Origin: an uncultured Candidatus Saccharibacteria bacterium
GTDB taxonomy: Bacteria > Patescibacteriota > Minisyncoccia > UBA6257 > GWB1-50-10
Reading direction: 5' to 3'
Length of the DNA stretch: 24,220 bases
Assembly (NCBI GenBank): GCA_964621575.1
Contig: CAZUMB010000002.1
Location: 1-24,220 of the forward strand
Position numbers and translations under genes: made by a program. A model generated the notes under the pieces. It was given only the letters and a program-made list of their open reading frames with translations. It did no database searches and was not told the origin of the DNA. Positions 23,071 through 24,220 of this stretch are shown piece by piece (position 1 is the stretch's first letter; every line of letters starts with the position of its first letter).

Positions 23071-23105
23071 ACACCATGAATATAAGCGGCCGCTTATATT
23101 CATGG

Positions 23106-23336
23106 TTAAGGTGTTTTTTTATCGATTTTGAAAACCTTGTTTTTCGAACGCAGACCAGAGACGATCTCAACCCCCGAAGCCGGCAAACCGAAATGACCGG
23201 CAAGCACTTTCAAAATCGCCCGGTTGGCTTTCCCTTCCCGCGGCGGTTCTTTCACATTTACTTCAAAATGCAAACCGTCAATCCGCCGAACTTCTTCTTT
23301 CTTGGAGCCCGGTTTGGCTTTAACGAAAATCTTCAT
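23106..23336 (-). CDS. DUF167 / UPF0235 (YggU-like) protein
   Basis: VKAKPGSK, VKEPPREGKANRAI, IVSGLRSKNK. Confidence 0.9.
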   Translation of the reverse strand: MKIFVKAKPGSKKEEVRRIDGLHFEVNVKEPPREGKANRAILKVLAGHFGLPASGVEIVSGLRSKNKVFKIDKKTP

Positions 23337-23343
23337 CGCAAAA

Positions 23344-23571
23344 TCAGGCCGCCCACTTCTTCTTGCTTAAGAAGTAAATGTAGAAAATCTCCAGAATCCC
23401 AACCGTGTTCACGAGAAGCAAAACGACGAACCAGGCCTTGTGGCTTTCCCGGGCGGCCTTCCAGAGAGCCAATCCTTTCCAAACAAGCGACCAGGCGATG
23501 AGAACGACAAAAATCAGTCCGCCGATTCCCCAAAACCAGCCGTCCATGGGATAACCCCATCCCCAATACAT
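23344..23571 (-). CDS. Small membrane protein, DUF5652-like
   Basis: WSLVWKGLALWKAAR...WFVVLLLVNTVGILEIFY. Confidence 0.8.
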   Translation of the reverse strand: MYWGWGYPMDGWFWGIGGLIFVVLIAWSLVWKGLALWKAARESHKAWFVVLLLVNTVGILEIFYIYFLSKKKWAA

Positions 23572-23598
23572 AAAATTTATAAAATTGAATTTTGATTT

Positions 23599-24009
23599 CT
23601 ACCGAGCGACCTTTTCCGTTGTTCTCCCGTCAAAATGCTCGTCGTCCCTCTCCGCCTCTTCTTTCGTTTTATGAACCACCCCGTCGCGGTGGTGGGGCGG
23701 CGAGTAGATGGTGTAGAGTTTCATCGGCCGGTCGACCGAAGTATTCAAAATATTGTGCCTAGTGCCGGCCGGGATGACCACCGCGTAGTCATCGACAATT
23801 TTGTGCTCCACGCCGTCCAGAATCGCTTTTCCCTCGCCTTCCTCAACGCGGATGAATTGGTCGCCGTCTTCGTGAACCTCCTCACCGATGTCTTCATCCG
23901 GTTTTAAACTCATCACCACGAGCTGGCTCGATTTTGCCGTATATAAAACCCGCCGGAAGTTTTCGTTTTCCTTCGTCTCCTTGTTTATATCCCCAACGTA
24001 GCCTTTCAT
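23599..24009 (-). CDS. Cupin-domain protein
   Basis: IGEEVHEDGDQFIRVEEG and VIPAGTRHNI cupin motifs; LYTIYSPPHH. Confidence 0.92.
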   Translation of the reverse strand: MKGYVGDINKETKENENFRRVLYTAKSSQLVVMSLKPDEDIGEEVHEDGDQFIRVEEGEGKAILDGVEHKIVDDYAVVIPAGTRHNILNTSVDRPMKLYTIYSPPHHRDGVVHKTKEEAERDDEHFDGRTTEKVAR

Positions 24010-24016
24010 AAGAATA

Positions 24017-24025
24017 ATTTTAGCA
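24017..24025 (-). promoter_or_regulatory. Extended -10 (TGcTAAAAT) 7 nt before the cupin ATG
   Basis: Minus strand atgcTAAAATtattcttATG. Confidence 0.55.
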
Positions 24026-24065
24026 TGTTAATAGCTCACAATCATCTTTATTTTTATTTCCTGTA

Positions 24066-24220
24066 TTAGAGTTTGTAGTGGCTTTTTATTGCTTGAGCGA
24101 CTCTCTTCGGTGACGACTTCGTGTTGTCGATAACCAAACTCCTGCCGAAAGGAATAGTGGCGCCAAGGTCATACTTTTTCCTGATTGATTGCATGAGCTT
24201 GATATTGCGTATTTTTTTGA
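24066..24220 (-). CDS. 3' end of a gene running off the right edge; possibly a P-loop kinase/AAA-like C-terminus
   Basis: Hand translation KKIRNIKLMQSIRKKYDLGATIPFGRSLVIDNTKSSPKRVAQAIKSHYKL*. The IDNT..SP..VA..I ending resembles NMP-kinase-like C-termini; the function is weakly supported. Confidence 0.55.
   Translation of the reverse strand, partial: KKIRNIKLMQSIRKKYDLGATIPFGRSLVIDNTKSSPKRVAQAIKSHYKL

Overview
Chromosomal segment of a small-genome bacterium using genetic code 11. Gene content and style (truncated HrcA, DUF5652, pilin-like protein, tightly packed genes, few Shine-Dalgarno sites) suggest Patescibacteria/Parcubacteria (CPR); this is inference. Almost all genes are on the minus strand. 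Left to right: a partial sugar transferase and rsmI; a lower-GC plus-strand pair (HAD phosphatase, RAYT-like Y1 tyrosine transposase) ending at tRNA-Glu(CTC); a short dcw cluster (mraZ-rsmH-FtsL-like-ftsI-murF); an ECF sigma / putative anti-sigma / secreted protein / MacAB-like ABC module; tRNA-Val(CAC); rplJ-rplL with an L10 leader; a GC-rich orphan ORF; hrcA-grpE-dnaK-membrane protein-dnaJ with a CIRCE; a pilin-like gene divergent from a GT-C glycosyltransferase; DUF167, DUF5652, cupin and a partial ORF. The most unusual signals are non-coding patterns overlaid on genes. (1) A 29-nt REP-like palindrome supplies the RAYT promoter -35 and recurs three times inside the RAYT ORF, once with a compensatory change that also avoids a stop codon. 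(2) TCCGCC-Nx-GGCGGA palindromes occur intergenically and are translated inside DnaK and DnaJ. (3) Heptamer tandem repeats lie inside and between genes. (4) A shared TGAAATA-N11/12-CGGTTGTA motif predicts the ECF regulon. (5) A 24-bp palindromic bidirectional promoter links the pilin and the glycosyltransferase.
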